Shown here piece by piece: positions 30,244 through 40,562 of a stretch of 64,000 nucleotides of DNA (the first letter of the stretch is position 1; each line of letters starts with the position of its first letter). The notes beneath the pieces were generated by a model. That model ran no database searches. It was not told the origin of the DNA and saw only the letters and a list, made by a program, of their open reading frames with translations. Location: the NCBI GenBank assembly GCA_963721455.1, contig CAVRJG010000044.1, positions 64,001 through 128,000 of the forward strand, given 5' to 3'. The DNA is from an uncultured Methanosarcinaceae archaeon (GTDB taxonomy: Archaea > Halobacteriota > Methanosarcinia > Methanosarcinales > Methanosarcinaceae). A program made the translations under genes and the position numbers.

Positions 30244-32046
30244 ATGCCGTTTATACAACTCGTAAATTCGCTCCAGTACTGGAATGAAAATAAAGAGGTT
30301 TTATCCATTACCAGCGTTTCGGTGGTTTTACCAGCTTATAATGAAGCAGCGAATATCGAAAAAGCTGTTTTCGTTACAGCGGAGACACTTTTTAAAATAA
30401 CTGATTGCTTTGAGATCATCATAGCCGAAGATGGGAGCACGGACGGTACGGACCGGATAGCTTCCAATCTCTCGAAACAGTACGCTTACGTTGTTCACCT
30501 TCATTCGGATAAACGCCAGGGACGGGGAAAAGCCCTGAACAGGGCTTTTAAGGCAGCTTCAGGAGAAGTCCTCTGCTATATCGATGTGGATCTCGCAACA
30601 GATATGAAATATCTGGAAAAACTGGTCAGGGCTGTAAGCATGGATGGCTATGATTTTGCCACAGGTTCGAGAATGATGCGTGAAAGCGATGCAAAAAGGC
30701 CTTTTAAGCGGGAGTTTGCAAGCAGGGGATATAATTTTCTGGTAAGGTTTTTTCTGCGCTCAAAACTTTATGACCACCAGTGTGGTTTTAAGGCTTTCAG
30801 GAGAGAAGCCCTCTTTGAGCTTCTAAACGAAATCAAGAATGATCACTGGTTCTGGGATACGGAACTGCTCGTAAGAGCCCAGCACAAAGGGTACAGGGTC
30901 ATGGAATTTCCGGTCTACTGGAGGCATGGAGGGTCAAGCAAGGTCAATCTGGTAAAAGATGTTAAAGGAATGGGTTCCGAGATATTCCGGCTCTGGCGGG
31001 AACTTTCATTCCCGCTCGTTATTTCGGGAAAAGGAAAAGTTTTTCTAACAGCCGCCCTTGCAGTTCTGATCCTTGCATTTGCTGCAACTTTTCTGGGTGC
31101 ATCCGATATTCTGGAAAATGTTAAGCATGCATCCTTCAGAACTCTGGCCCTCGCCTCTCTTGTATACTGTATTTCCTGGCCAGTTCGGGGAGTTCGCTTC
31201 CAGCAGATTCTTAAAAGGCTCGGAAATCAATACGGGCTTGGATTTCTTACAGGCAGCATTTTTATCAGCCAGTCTGCAAATGTAATTCTCCCAGCACGCA
31301 TAGGAGACCTGAGCAGGATGTATATCCTGAAAAAGAGCAAAGACCTCGCCCTTACAACGAGCCTTTCCTCGCTGACTGTAGAAAGAGTCTTTGATATAGT
31401 TGCAATCACTTCCATAGCAATACTTGCATCTTCAGGCGCTGCGTCCCGTTTCGAACTCGCTCCGTGGATGGACTATCTGATAAAGCTGTCCGGGCTTGCA
31501 GTAGTCCTCTTTTTTGCAATTCTTTTTGTTGTGTCTTTCAGGGAGGGCCGCGCCAAAAAAACGCTCAAAAAGAAGAATTACCCAGATGGGCGCTTTGGAA
31601 AGATAAAGGGCTTTACATCCGTTTTTTTCCACCAGATGAGTATTGTTGCCGTACGTCCACGCGCATTTCTGGCAGTGACCGCATCTTCCCTTCTTATATG
31701 GGGAATAGACATCTTCACCTGCTTCCTGGTTCTTAGATCTTTTCCGGCAGTTGGGGTGAGCCTCTCTTCTACATACATGATATCTCTGATTTTCCTGGCT
31801 GTAGCTCTCGGAAATATTGCAAAAATCTTTCCTATAACGCCTGGAGCTATCGGGACATATGAAGTTGCCCTTACTGCAGTCTTCGGGCTTGGGGGAATCA
31901 AACCTGAGATTGGGTTTACGGTTGCCGTGCTTGATCATATTATAAAGAACTCAATTACCCTGATCGGAGGTGGTTTTGCTCTCTCGGAACTCGGACTGAG
32001 ATGGAAAGAAGTGCTTTGTACGGATAAGGATATTTTAAAAGGGTGA
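30244..32046 (+). CDS. GT2 dolichyl-phosphate glycosyltransferase fused to an LPG_synthase_TM (flippase-like) domain, AglD-like
   Basis: VVLPAYNE, EDGSTDGT, YIDVDL, DHQCGFKAF and WFWDTE; C-terminal PARIGD, ERVFD and TPGAIGTYE; start uncertain. Confidence 0.88.
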   Translation: MPFIQLVNSLQYWNENKEVLSITSVSVVLPAYNEAANIEKAVFVTAETLFKITDCFEIIIAEDGSTDGTDRIASNLSKQYAYVVHLHSDKRQGRGKALNRAFKAASGEVLCYIDVDLATDMKYLEKLVRAVSMDGYDFATGSRMMRESDAKRPFKREFASRGYNFLVRFFLRSKLYDHQCGFKAFRREALFELLNEIKNDHWFWDTELLVRAQHKGYRVMEFPVYWRHGGSSKVNLVKDVKGMGSEIFRLWRELSFPLVISGKGKVFLTAALAVLILAFAATFLGASDILENVKHASFRTLALASLVYCISWPVRGVRFQQILKRLGNQYGLGFLTGSIFISQSANVILPARIGDLSRMYILKKSKDLALTTSLSSLTVERVFDIVAITSIAILASSGAASRFELAPWMDYLIKLSGLAVVLFFAILFVVSFREGRAKKTLKKKNYPDGRFGKIKGFTSVFFHQMSIVAVRPRAFLAVTASSLLIWGIDIFTCFLVLRSFPAVGVSLSSTYMISLIFLAVALGNIAKIFPITPGAIGTYEVALTAVFGLGGIKPEIGFTVAVLDHIIKNSITLIGGGFALSELGLRWKEVLCTDKDILKG

Positions 32047-32249
32047 GGCAAACTTAACCGGGAAAATACGTAAAAAGCAGACCTTTAAAGCCTTTCATCA
32101 CTGGAAGAGATTGGGATAACAAAACGAAGTAGGAAAACCCTCGGGACTGACTGAAAAACAAAAGCAACTTAAAATCGAAGAGGTAACTGGAAGCTTTAAC
32201 ACAAAGAATTAAAGTAATAACCACATGCTTTATTCGAACTGATGGTCAA

Positions 32250-32615
32250 GTGGAAGAAATGTCTGAGAAAAAAATAATAGAAGTGAAGGACGCATATTGT
32301 CTTCCGGAAGATGTGCTTGAGACCGTGCATACGGCAATGAATGAAGATGTGGGAGAAATCGTTAGCCTGTTTAAGGTGCTTGCAGATCCGACCCGTCTCA
32401 GGATTCTCAAAGCTCTTGAGGTCCAGAGCCTATGTGTATGTGTCCTTGTAGAGTGCACGGACCAGAAGCATTCGGCCCTTTCCTATCACCTTAAACTTCT
32501 AAAGGAGGGAGGTCTCGTGGACTCACGAAGAGAACGCAGTTTTCAGATATATGACCTCACTGAATTCGGGAGCCTGCTCCTGAAGCATATTGAAAAACAC
32601 TTTGAAAAGGCATAA
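32250..32615 (+). CDS. ArsR/SmtB family transcriptional regulator
   Basis: FKVLADPTRLRIL, LCVC and SALSYHL..LK motifs. Confidence 0.92.
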   Translation: MEEMSEKKIIEVKDAYCLPEDVLETVHTAMNEDVGEIVSLFKVLADPTRLRILKALEVQSLCVCVLVECTDQKHSALSYHLKLLKEGGLVDSRRERSFQIYDLTEFGSLLLKHIEKHFEKA

Positions 32616-32705
32616 ATTGGAGAAATAGAGAGGAATTTCTCCCTCTTTTTCGTCATTATCTCCCTCAATGCTCCGAATGTTAATTCCTACCCTCCAGGGG
32701 AAGGA

Positions 32706-33128
32706 TCAGATCTTTTCGTTTGATGCTACAGTTGTGAGCTTAGAGAATTTTACCCCTTTGAGGGACATTATAGCTTCGGCAAGCTTTTTAATCTCTTCGC
32801 CTTCTCCATCCAGGACAATTACTTCAAAACAGTTGTCATGATCGAGGTGGATATGCACTGAGGATTTTATCAGGTGAGAGTAGTGATGCTGGATATCTGC
32901 AAGGGCATTTGAAAGCCCTCTTTTCGTGTGGTCGTAAATAACCGCAACAGTTCCTACACGGTAGCCTTTAATGTCACCCATCCATTCATAATAGGAAATA
33001 TAACTCCTGATGGCATCCCTTATGCCTTCCGAACGGGAAGAATAACCTCTTTTTTCGATAATCTCATCAAATTTACCCAGCAGGGTATCGGGAAGGGAAA
33101 CCCCTATCCTCATAAGTTCTGTTTCCAT
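32706..33128 (-). CDS. nikR: Nickel-responsive regulator NikR
   Basis: RIGVSLP ribbon-helix-helix, SRSEGIRDA and Ni-site HIHLDHDNC. Confidence 0.95.
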   Translation of the reverse strand: METELMRIGVSLPDTLLGKFDEIIEKRGYSSRSEGIRDAIRSYISYYEWMGDIKGYRVGTVAVIYDHTKRGLSNALADIQHHYSHLIKSSVHIHLDHDNCFEVIVLDGEGEEIKKLAEAIMSLKGVKFSKLTTVASNEKI

Positions 33129-33434
33129 CGTATCACCAGGTAATCTTGGATTTATCTGCAAAATAATACTTTAGCTTATTGTAAGTAGCACTATATATGT
33201 TTTTTTCACATAGTCACTAATATAAAAGAGTTGATTAAAAGATAATGTATTCTTCAGTAATATTAATGTTTGGGAATAATGAATATACCTCACCGAAAAA
33301 ATAAATGGGCTTACCTGCTGAAGATAAAAACATAAAAATATGGCAAAAGATTAAAAAGAAGCTGGTTAAGGCTTCTTTTTTAAAGAGATTTCCCAAAAAA
33401 CGTATTGAACATAATTTCCCAGCAGTTTCTGCCT

Positions 33435-34793
33435 TTATCGCCTGTCCACAAGCCTTTTAGGCCTGCCCCTGACCCTGTTCAACTCGAGCCCCGTAGGGCC
33501 TGTGAAATTGAACACGATTTTAAAGGTGCCCTCGCCGTAAGCTCTAAAAAGGGGAGGCTTATACCTGAAGAAGGCACGAATAAAGTTTTCTTTTATAAGA
33601 TCTCTGTCACACGTGTCAGGATTTTCGCACTCCATGCTGACCCTCAGTACAGTTTCTCCCTCGTCCTCTTCACCATAAAGGAAAGCCTCATACTCTCCGG
33701 TCAGGTATTTCATGTTTTCACGCTGGAAGACGCCCCTTTCCACGTCTACGCGGTTAAAAGGAGTGCCTTCAACCCACACGGTTTCTGCCTCTCGCTGCGG
33801 GGTCATAACTTTCATATGAGTCCTTCCGCAGGGGCATTGTTTGCGTGTAAGCACTACAGTCGTGTCTTCGGTATCATAATTTAAAAGAAGGTTCCCTGCT
33901 TTTGCCCCAACCGGCAGGAGTGTGCTCAGAATGGCTCTTCCGCACTCTCCGTCAGGCACGAAATTTTCTATATGGGGATCATAAACATCAAGGTGGACAA
34001 AGTCTTCTGGCACATGCAGCCCGGAAATCTCATCGCACTCCCCGCACATCGTTCCTTCCGTGCTCCCATAGGTATTGTACACAGGACAGCCCCAGATTTC
34101 AGAAAGGTAGTTTCTTGACTCGTCAGCAAAGGCTTCTCCTCCCACTACCAGTTTATTTACGCCTGACTCCTGAGGATTGATGCCCTCTGCCTGCACCCGT
34201 CTGGCAAGGTTAAGGAGCTTGAATACGCTGCCTACTATGCCTGTAGGCTTATAGGCTTCGATAACACGCAGGGGAAAAGTGCATTTGCCCTCAGGAATGA
34301 TGCTCATGCCAAGCTGTCTGGCTGCAAGGGTCATGGTATTTGCCCCCACATTCATCCCATAAGAAGCACAGACAACAACCCTGTCCCCTGGACCGAAGCC
34401 CTGTGACCTGAAAATGCGGGCGTATTTTTCCGCATAGCGTTCCCAGTCTTCCCATGTAAGGAAAAAGCTCTTCGGAGTTCCGCTGGTCCCGCTGGTCTCA
34501 TGGATGGTGAAAACATCCTCCCAGCCTACACTCCGGAACATGAAATCCCCTGTCTCAGGGGGCTGGTTTTCCCGAATAGTCCTTCCCGAGATCACAGGAA
34601 GGTCCAGAAGATCCTCATGAGTTTTAATCTCAGTCGGGTCTACACCGTGATTCTCAAACCATTTTCTGTAAAAAGGAGAATTTTCTGCCGCATATTTTAC
34701 CGTATACCGCACCCGCTCCTCGATGAGAGCGTCAAGTTCTCCCCTGTCCATGGTTTCGATTTCAGGATTGAAATAAGGTCTTGAGCTGTCCAA
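33435..34793 (-). CDS. Coenzyme F390 synthetase (PaaK-like adenylate-forming enzyme)
   Basis: HETSGTSGTPK, YGSTEG, LLNYDTED and GRPKRLVDRR; likely TTG start at 34793 after GGTGG (the track start at 34994 overlaps the next gene). Confidence 0.8.
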   Translation of the reverse strand: MDSSRPYFNPEIETMDRGELDALIEERVRYTVKYAAENSPFYRKWFENHGVDPTEIKTHEDLLDLPVISGRTIRENQPPETGDFMFRSVGWEDVFTIHETSGTSGTPKSFFLTWEDWERYAEKYARIFRSQGFGPGDRVVVCASYGMNVGANTMTLAARQLGMSIIPEGKCTFPLRVIEAYKPTGIVGSVFKLLNLARRVQAEGINPQESGVNKLVVGGEAFADESRNYLSEIWGCPVYNTYGSTEGTMCGECDEISGLHVPEDFVHLDVYDPHIENFVPDGECGRAILSTLLPVGAKAGNLLLNYDTEDTTVVLTRKQCPCGRTHMKVMTPQREAETVWVEGTPFNRVDVERGVFQRENMKYLTGEYEAFLYGEEDEGETVLRVSMECENPDTCDRDLIKENFIRAFFRYKPPLFRAYGEGTFKIVFNFTGPTGLELNRVRGRPKRLVDRR

Positions 34794-34977
34794 ATAAACC
34801 ACCGTAACTGAAATAATTAGACATAGGAAAAGCCTGTTATTTATTGGCTTTAAACATGAAAGGTTTATTGAAGTCCCTGTTTTTAAGGAAAAAATCAATA
34901 TTTCTGACCTGATAAAGGGACTTGGGAGGATGGAGACATCTGTACGCAAAAAGCCGAAAGCCCCATATAGGGCAGGT

Positions 34978-35307
34978 TTAAACTCTGCACTCACATCCTT
35001 TCTCTTTCAGTATCCGAACCTGTTCTTCATAAGAACCCACAAACTCGTCCTGGATGGCTTTTCCTGTCGCAAAGGCAGGGTCGAGAGGAGTGAGGTGTTT
35101 GTAACCTCTTTTTGTCATTTCCTCGGCCAGGGCTTCATGCCTCAGGTAGAGAGCTTTGAGCTTTCCCCTCCAGCGCATGGTTTCGGGGTGATGGGCGTAG
35201 CCCTTTTTATTATTGGTAATAATTGACCATAAAGCATGCAGCTCACGGTGTTCTCCCAGGAGGTGCTGCCTGCATAACTTCTCAGGAGGTATGTCCCAGA
35301 TTCTCAT
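34978..35307 (-). CDS. Pyrimidine dimer DNA glycosylase / endonuclease V-like protein
   Basis: MRIW...LCRQHLLGEHRELH, HP...W and EM.KRGYKH motifs. Confidence 0.85.
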   Translation of the reverse strand: MRIWDIPPEKLCRQHLLGEHRELHALWSIITNNKKGYAHHPETMRWRGKLKALYLRHEALAEEMTKRGYKHLTPLDPAFATGKAIQDEFVGSYEEQVRILKEKGCECRV

Positions 35308-35443
35308 AAGATAAATTCCGAGAACATTTAAGAAAGGTTTTCGGAAGGAGAAGAGTTCACTTAATCCGGAAATTAAGTTTCAGATTTTGTGTCTGATTCT
35401 TTGTTCTTATACATATTTACATACTACCGGGAAAATGTAGATC

Positions 35444-36469
35444 ATGAGACGGTGGGTATTCCGACGTTCTGGCATTTTTCTGCTTCTGCTGACTGCTATA
35501 TACCTTTTACTCACTCCTGCACTTGCCCATGTGCCGATTTTCGGAGGGGAAGGCAAAAGCCCTGAGACGACAATTCCCATTGAAGACCCTGCAAAATCCA
35601 GGGTCCTTTATGGGCAGCTTGCTGCAGGAGATATCCGATACTACAGTTTTGAGATGAAGCAGGGGGAAAGGATTGTACTCGGGCTCATTGTTCCTGTTGA
35701 ACAGGGAAGACAAGGTTTTACTCCGGACCTGATTCTTATGGGGCCGGACCTTACAAATGAGGGAAAAGTACCCGATGCATTGGAAGTACCCGAAGGATAT
35801 GGAGTAAAAGTTTTTCCCGGCGACCTGCCTGAGAGCCCGGTATATGAAGCATTTTCCCCCAGTGCATTTTATTCTCTTGCCACGGCTGATCTAGAAGCTC
35901 CTGAAAGCGGGACATATTACGCTGTAGCTAGTTCTACACAGCGAGAAGGGAATTACGGGATAGTTATAGGGTATAAAGAAATTTTTACCTTGAAGGAATG
36001 GATATACGTGCCCTTCAACCAGATAAAGATCTACCGCTGGGAGGGGCAGAGCCTGCTGTTGATCTTTACTCCGCCAGGAATAATGCTTGCAATCGGTCTT
36101 CTGGCACTTTTCTTCAAAATGGATGTGGCAGCCGATTTTAATCCTGCGCGCATCTCCGGATTTCTTGCAGGCCTCTTCTTTCTGGGTACAGGATTATCAT
36201 TCATTTTTCAGATGCTGATTTCGCTGAGTAAGAGTTCATATTCTCCCGAAATTTTTATTACTATTTTTTTGAGTTTAGCCAGTCTAGGGCTTGGAGTCAT
36301 TGCCTTGATTTTAAGCCTGAAAGACGAGAAGTATGGTTCAGGATCGGCAAGAAAACGCCTTTACTTCTTTTTCCTGGGGGTAGCCGGGATTCTGTTCTGG
36401 GCAGGATGGTTTGTAGGGCCGTTTCTGGCATTTGAAGCTGCAGCGCTGCCCTGGAAACGTAAAAGATGA
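35444..36469 (+). CDS. Signal-peptide membrane protein with an extracellular beta domain and C-terminal TM helices
   Basis: Signal ending ALA-HVP; YEAFSPS motif; several C-terminal hydrophobic segments. Confidence 0.7.
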   Translation: MRRWVFRRSGIFLLLLTAIYLLLTPALAHVPIFGGEGKSPETTIPIEDPAKSRVLYGQLAAGDIRYYSFEMKQGERIVLGLIVPVEQGRQGFTPDLILMGPDLTNEGKVPDALEVPEGYGVKVFPGDLPESPVYEAFSPSAFYSLATADLEAPESGTYYAVASSTQREGNYGIVIGYKEIFTLKEWIYVPFNQIKIYRWEGQSLLLIFTPPGIMLAIGLLALFFKMDVAADFNPARISGFLAGLFFLGTGLSFIFQMLISLSKSSYSPEIFITIFLSLASLGLGVIALILSLKDEKYGSGSARKRLYFFFLGVAGILFWAGWFVGPFLAFEAAALPWKRKR

Positions 36470-36701
36470 GTTTTAAAACAAAAGATATGTATGCAACGTC
36501 AAAGGAAGCAATTTTATAGTTCCCTTTTTCAAGATTTCTCACAATAGTTGAAGGACTTCCTGTTGTTTTGTAGTTTTCCTGTTCCGGAAACGAGAGGTAT
36601 TTTGCATTCATCCTGATCGTCAATGACGTGATCAAGGTCAACATATTAAATCGCTTTAAAGCGGAAAATCATAACCATAACCTATATATAATACATCGCA
36701 T

Positions 36702-37193
36702 ATGTGTAATTTGATGGTCAATAGAGTTAAGCGCAGGGTATCGTGCCTCCCGAAGGCCACTTATTACAAACCCAGGGAAGTCCCGCTCTGCGATCTCGAA
36801 ATAATCAACTTGTCCATAGAAGAACTTGAGACTATCCGCCTTTGCGACCTCCTCCATGTCGAACAGAATGAAGCCGCTGACATGATGGGGATTTCCCGGA
36901 AAACCTTCTGGAACGACTTGCAAAAGGCCCGACAGAAAGTGGTTGATGCCCTCGTTAACGGCAAAGCGATCGAGATCTCCGGAGGAGAGTACGTAAATAG
37001 CGGCGAGTGCAAGGTCGAATTCCTCTGCAAAGCATGCGAGCATGAATGGGAGTTACAGTGCAATACAGGACGCCCCACAAGCTGTCCGAAGTGCGGTTCC
37101 GAAGGCATTTACCGCATCGGCGGCGACGGTAGAGGAAAGAGGTTTATTGAGAACGATTATTGCTGCCCCAAAAACAGGGAAAAGCAACGGTAA
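36702..37193 (+). CDS. DUF134 (UPF0251) HTH protein with a C-terminal Zn-ribbon
   Basis: EELETIRL.D...Q.EAA..MGISRKTF...ARQKV.DALVNGKAI; CKAC...CPKC. Confidence 0.88.
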   Translation: MCNLMVNRVKRRVSCLPKATYYKPREVPLCDLEIINLSIEELETIRLCDLLHVEQNEAADMMGISRKTFWNDLQKARQKVVDALVNGKAIEISGGEYVNSGECKVEFLCKACEHEWELQCNTGRPTSCPKCGSEGIYRIGGDGRGKRFIENDYCCPKNREKQR

Positions 37194-37217
37194 ATAATAA
37201 AGCAGGAAGTGTAAAAA

Positions 37218-37595
37218 ATGACAAAAATAGCCATACCATCAATGAGTGACAGTGGACTGGAATCTGACGTATGTGCTCACTTTGGCTCATGCGAGTATTT
37301 TACCATTGTAGATGTACAGGATAAAGAAGCTATTACAGGCATTGAGGCGGTAAGCAACGTGTCTCCTGACGGCGAGCACAACTGTGCTGCCCCGGCGATC
37401 GTCCTGAAATCGCACAATGTCGATACCGTACTTGTCTCGGGCATCGGCGGAAGGCCGCTAATGTCGCTGACGGAAAAGAAGATCAAGGTATTTGCAGGGG
37501 CGATGGGCAAAGTTTCCGATGCTGTCCAGGACTATAACAATGGGCTTCTGCAGGAGTTATCTACAAATGGCACCTGCAACTGCTCGCATCACTAA
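37218..37595 (+). CDS. NifB/NifX-family metal-cluster binding protein
   Basis: KIAIP...HFG.C.YF and GIGGRP motifs; C-terminal CNCSHH. Confidence 0.88.
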   Translation: MTKIAIPSMSDSGLESDVCAHFGSCEYFTIVDVQDKEAITGIEAVSNVSPDGEHNCAAPAIVLKSHNVDTVLVSGIGGRPLMSLTEKKIKVFAGAMGKVSDAVQDYNNGLLQELSTNGTCNCSHH

Positions 37596-37773
37596 AGGGA
37601 TATAATGAACGATACCTGACCGGAACCATATGATTCCTGCAAGAGCAAAGCACTAATGAATCAATATCAAAATCTGTGTTTTATCACTATTGGATATTGA
37701 AGTGATCGTTTTGTGTCTAAGTGCGGAATGTAGGATTCAAATGTTGAAAAAATTAAAAGTCGGAGTTGAAAAT

Positions 37774-38463
37774 ATGGATGTAAAAGAAATAAACAGATAC
37801 GGACAGGAACTGGTAGAATGCCTGAAACTCAAGACATCTCCTGTTGCAGTAAAATTGATTCCGAAAGGAGGAGAAGTCCCGAAGGGAATAGAAAAAGTAG
37901 ACGAGGCTATGAGGCACTGCCAGCTGGTTGACAGAGTGAGAAGAACTGGCGAGGAATTCTATACCCTGGGCGAAGACCAGATGTGTAAAGGTGGAGCTGG
38001 TGCAATGGGCCTTGGTGAAATGCCTGCGAAAGTAGTCACCGGGGAATTCTATTATAAAGGACTCAAACAGTTCAGCACGCAGGGTGCCGCACGGCGTACC
38101 ATTGATATGGTTCCTAAGCTTCCCCCGAACTCAACAGAAGCTGTCCTGTATGCCCCTCTGGAAAAAACATCATTTACTCCGGATGTCGTTGTGGTTATCT
38201 GCAACCCCAGGCAAATTATGCTGCTTACACAGGCTTTCATGTACAAGACCGGAGGCAGGCTTGAAGCCAGTTTCGCAGGAAAGCAGAGCTTATGCTCTGA
38301 CGGTGTTGTAAAGGCATATAAGGAAGGAAAAATCGGAGTTACAGTCGGTTGCAGCGGCAGCAGGAATTACACCAAGATTGCAGATGAAGAAATGATAATG
38401 GGAATTCCTATTGAACTTCTGGCTGATGTAGCCGCCGGCCTTAAGGAAATCTGCCCGAAATAA
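37774..38463 (+). CDS. DUF169 family protein
   Basis: L.LKTSPVAVK, RHCQ, CKGGA, PDVV and QSLC...GCSGSR motifs. Confidence 0.85.
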   Translation: MDVKEINRYGQELVECLKLKTSPVAVKLIPKGGEVPKGIEKVDEAMRHCQLVDRVRRTGEEFYTLGEDQMCKGGAGAMGLGEMPAKVVTGEFYYKGLKQFSTQGAARRTIDMVPKLPPNSTEAVLYAPLEKTSFTPDVVVVICNPRQIMLLTQAFMYKTGGRLEASFAGKQSLCSDGVVKAYKEGKIGVTVGCSGSRNYTKIADEEMIMGIPIELLADVAAGLKEICPK

Positions 38464-38766
38464 ACATAAAATCTGCATTTTTACTTCACAAGTAAAATCC
38501 TTCATGTTTAAGCCCTTTTACAAGGTTTCCAAAATAAGAAATTCGGCTTTGTAGAAGACCTATCAAAATCAGCTGCCAGAGGCAGAAAATGAATAAGAAA
38601 AAATATATCAGGTCATTCAGTTCAAATTAACGGAGATTCTTTATTTCAGAGGATTTCTACCGACCCATATTAAATAAAATTTAAATGATAGGATTAAGTT
38701 ATATAATTTTTAAATAATTATTAAGTAACCGCACTAATGCAGCATGGAGTTATCAGGGGAAAAAAT

Positions 38767-39258
38767 ATGGTAAAAACTTCACTGAAAGTAGGACAATCTG
38801 CTCCTGATTTTTGCCTGTTGGACCAGGATGGGAACCGGACATGCCTTGAAGACCTCAGAGGAAAATGGGTTGTCCTGTACTTTTATCCGAGAGATAACAC
38901 GCCGGGGTGCAGCCTGGAGGCAAAGAATTTCAGTTGTTTGAGAAAGGATTTTGAAGCCGAAAACGCAGTAGTTATCGGGGTTAGCAGGGATAGTGTCGAA
39001 TCACACAGGCAATTTATCGAGAAGAAAGAACTTAAAATAAAGCTGCTCTCAGACGAGCAGGCAAATATCCACAGAACATATGATGTCCTGCACCCAAAAC
39101 ACTTTCGGGGCAAAGAAGTTACAAGCGCTGTCAGGACAACTTTTCTTATAAATCCAGACGGAGAAATCGCCAGATTGTGGGATAATGTGAAAGCCACAGG
39201 GCATGCCGAAAAAGTGCTCACTGAACTGAGAGCATTAAAAGAGAAAGGGCAATTATAA
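38767..39258 (+). CDS. bcp: Peroxiredoxin, Bcp/PrxQ type
   Basis: VLYFYPRDNTPGCSLEA active site; RTTFLI. Confidence 0.9.
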   Translation: MVKTSLKVGQSAPDFCLLDQDGNRTCLEDLRGKWVVLYFYPRDNTPGCSLEAKNFSCLRKDFEAENAVVIGVSRDSVESHRQFIEKKELKIKLLSDEQANIHRTYDVLHPKHFRGKEVTSAVRTTFLINPDGEIARLWDNVKATGHAEKVLTELRALKEKGQL

Positions 39259-39422
39259 GAGAAAAAGAGATACAAAAAATCAAATTAAGAGGATACTTTT
39301 GTATTCCATCATTTTGAATTCAGCCTGCTGTAAAGAAATTTGAAACCTGACCGAGAATAGCGTCTTTCAAGGTTTATACCCGAAAGCAGCTTTTAAGAAT
39401 TTATCTTTAACTCTTTTCTATT

Positions 39423-39621
39423 TTATTTCTTGGTGGCAAAGTAGATCGTATAAACTGCCGCAAGCCCCACAAGGGAGTACACTATTCTGGAAAGCATACT
39501 CATAGCCCCAAAAATGGCTGCCACAAGATCAAAACCAAAGAGGCCAACAAAGCCCCCAGTTCAGGCCGCCTACTATAACAAGCACAAGTGCAAGCCAGTC
39601 AATCGAACTTTTGTCTGCCAT
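39423..39621 (-). pseudogene. DUF378 small membrane protein with a +1 frameshift
   Basis: MADKSSIDWLALVLVIVGGLNWGL, an extra T (CTTTGTT), then VGLFGFDLVAAIFG...SRIVYSLVGLAAVY; 199 nt = 66 codons + 1. Confidence 0.75.
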
Positions 39622-39815
39622 AGCTATCACCTCCGTTACATTTGGCTGAGTAATATAGAGAGAAATATATAATAAATGCGATATTTAATTTGATTTTTTC
39701 CTTATTTTATAGATGACTGAAACAGATTTAAGAAGCCCGGAAAAGAAAGGGATTGGAAAAAGCAGAAAAATAAATTTTTCACCCGCGTGTTGCGGCTCAT
39801 CCGGTAAGCAAATGT

Positions 39816-40562
39816 TTAAAAATCAAAGACCTGCCCGTCATATCCCAGGGGTAAAAATATTGATTCGATATGATGGGGACGGAAGAGATGACTGAGATGG
39901 GTTAAAACGACTTCTTTTGCATTGAGATTTTCTGCAAGTGCCATAGCCTCTTCTGAATTCATGTGCTTTTTGATATGGATATGAGGAGGGACTATAGCAT
40001 CGGCAATAAGGAGGTCTGGGTTCTTCATAAGCTCCAGGCTGGCTTCGGGAATCTTCGAGTTTGTATCTCCGGTAACTACCACTTTTGTACCGCCTTCGCA
40101 GATTATAACCCCTGTCGGAACCTTCACGGGAGGATGATTGACCTTAAACAGGGTAAACTGCAGCCCGATTAGCTCGAATGGCTCATAGAGCTTTACATAA
40201 TGATACCTCGGTTTAAGGAAGGAGACATACTGGTTTATATATTCAAGAGTTTCGGGAATTCCGTAGACGTCAACAGTATTTTGAACCCGGTAGAACTCCC
40301 CGAATCCGGCGTAATGGTCGTAGTGCCCATGGGTCCAGATCACTCCATCTATACAGGAAAGGTTTTTCTTGAGGAATTGCTGTCTGAGGTCAGGGCTGGT
40401 GTCGATAAGGATTTTACCCTTATCGGACTCTACAAGGATAGAAGAACGAAGGCGCTGACTCTTTCCACCGTTTCGGGCATCCTCGCAGGCCGAGCAGTTG
40501 CATCCAATTTTAGGAGTTCCGACAGCATCGCCGGTCCCAAGCAGTGTTAGCCTCATGTTCAC
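39816..40562 (-). CDS. MBL-fold metallo-hydrolase (PhnP-like)
   Basis: LLGTG...P.IGC.C..C, THGHYDH, TGDT and THLSH motifs. Confidence 0.9.
   Translation of the reverse strand: MNMRLTLLGTGDAVGTPKIGCNCSACEDARNGGKSQRLRSSILVESDKGKILIDTSPDLRQQFLKKNLSCIDGVIWTHGHYDHYAGFGEFYRVQNTVDVYGIPETLEYINQYVSFLKPRYHYVKLYEPFELIGLQFTLFKVNHPPVKVPTGVIICEGGTKVVVTGDTNSKIPEASLELMKNPDLLIADAIVPPHIHIKKHMNSEEAMALAENLNAKEVVLTHLSHLFRPHHIESIFLPLGYDGQVFDF

Noticed and set aside
33130-33270. Possible NikR operator upstream of nikR
   Set aside because: Only isolated TAATAC/GTATT half-sites without convincing spacing
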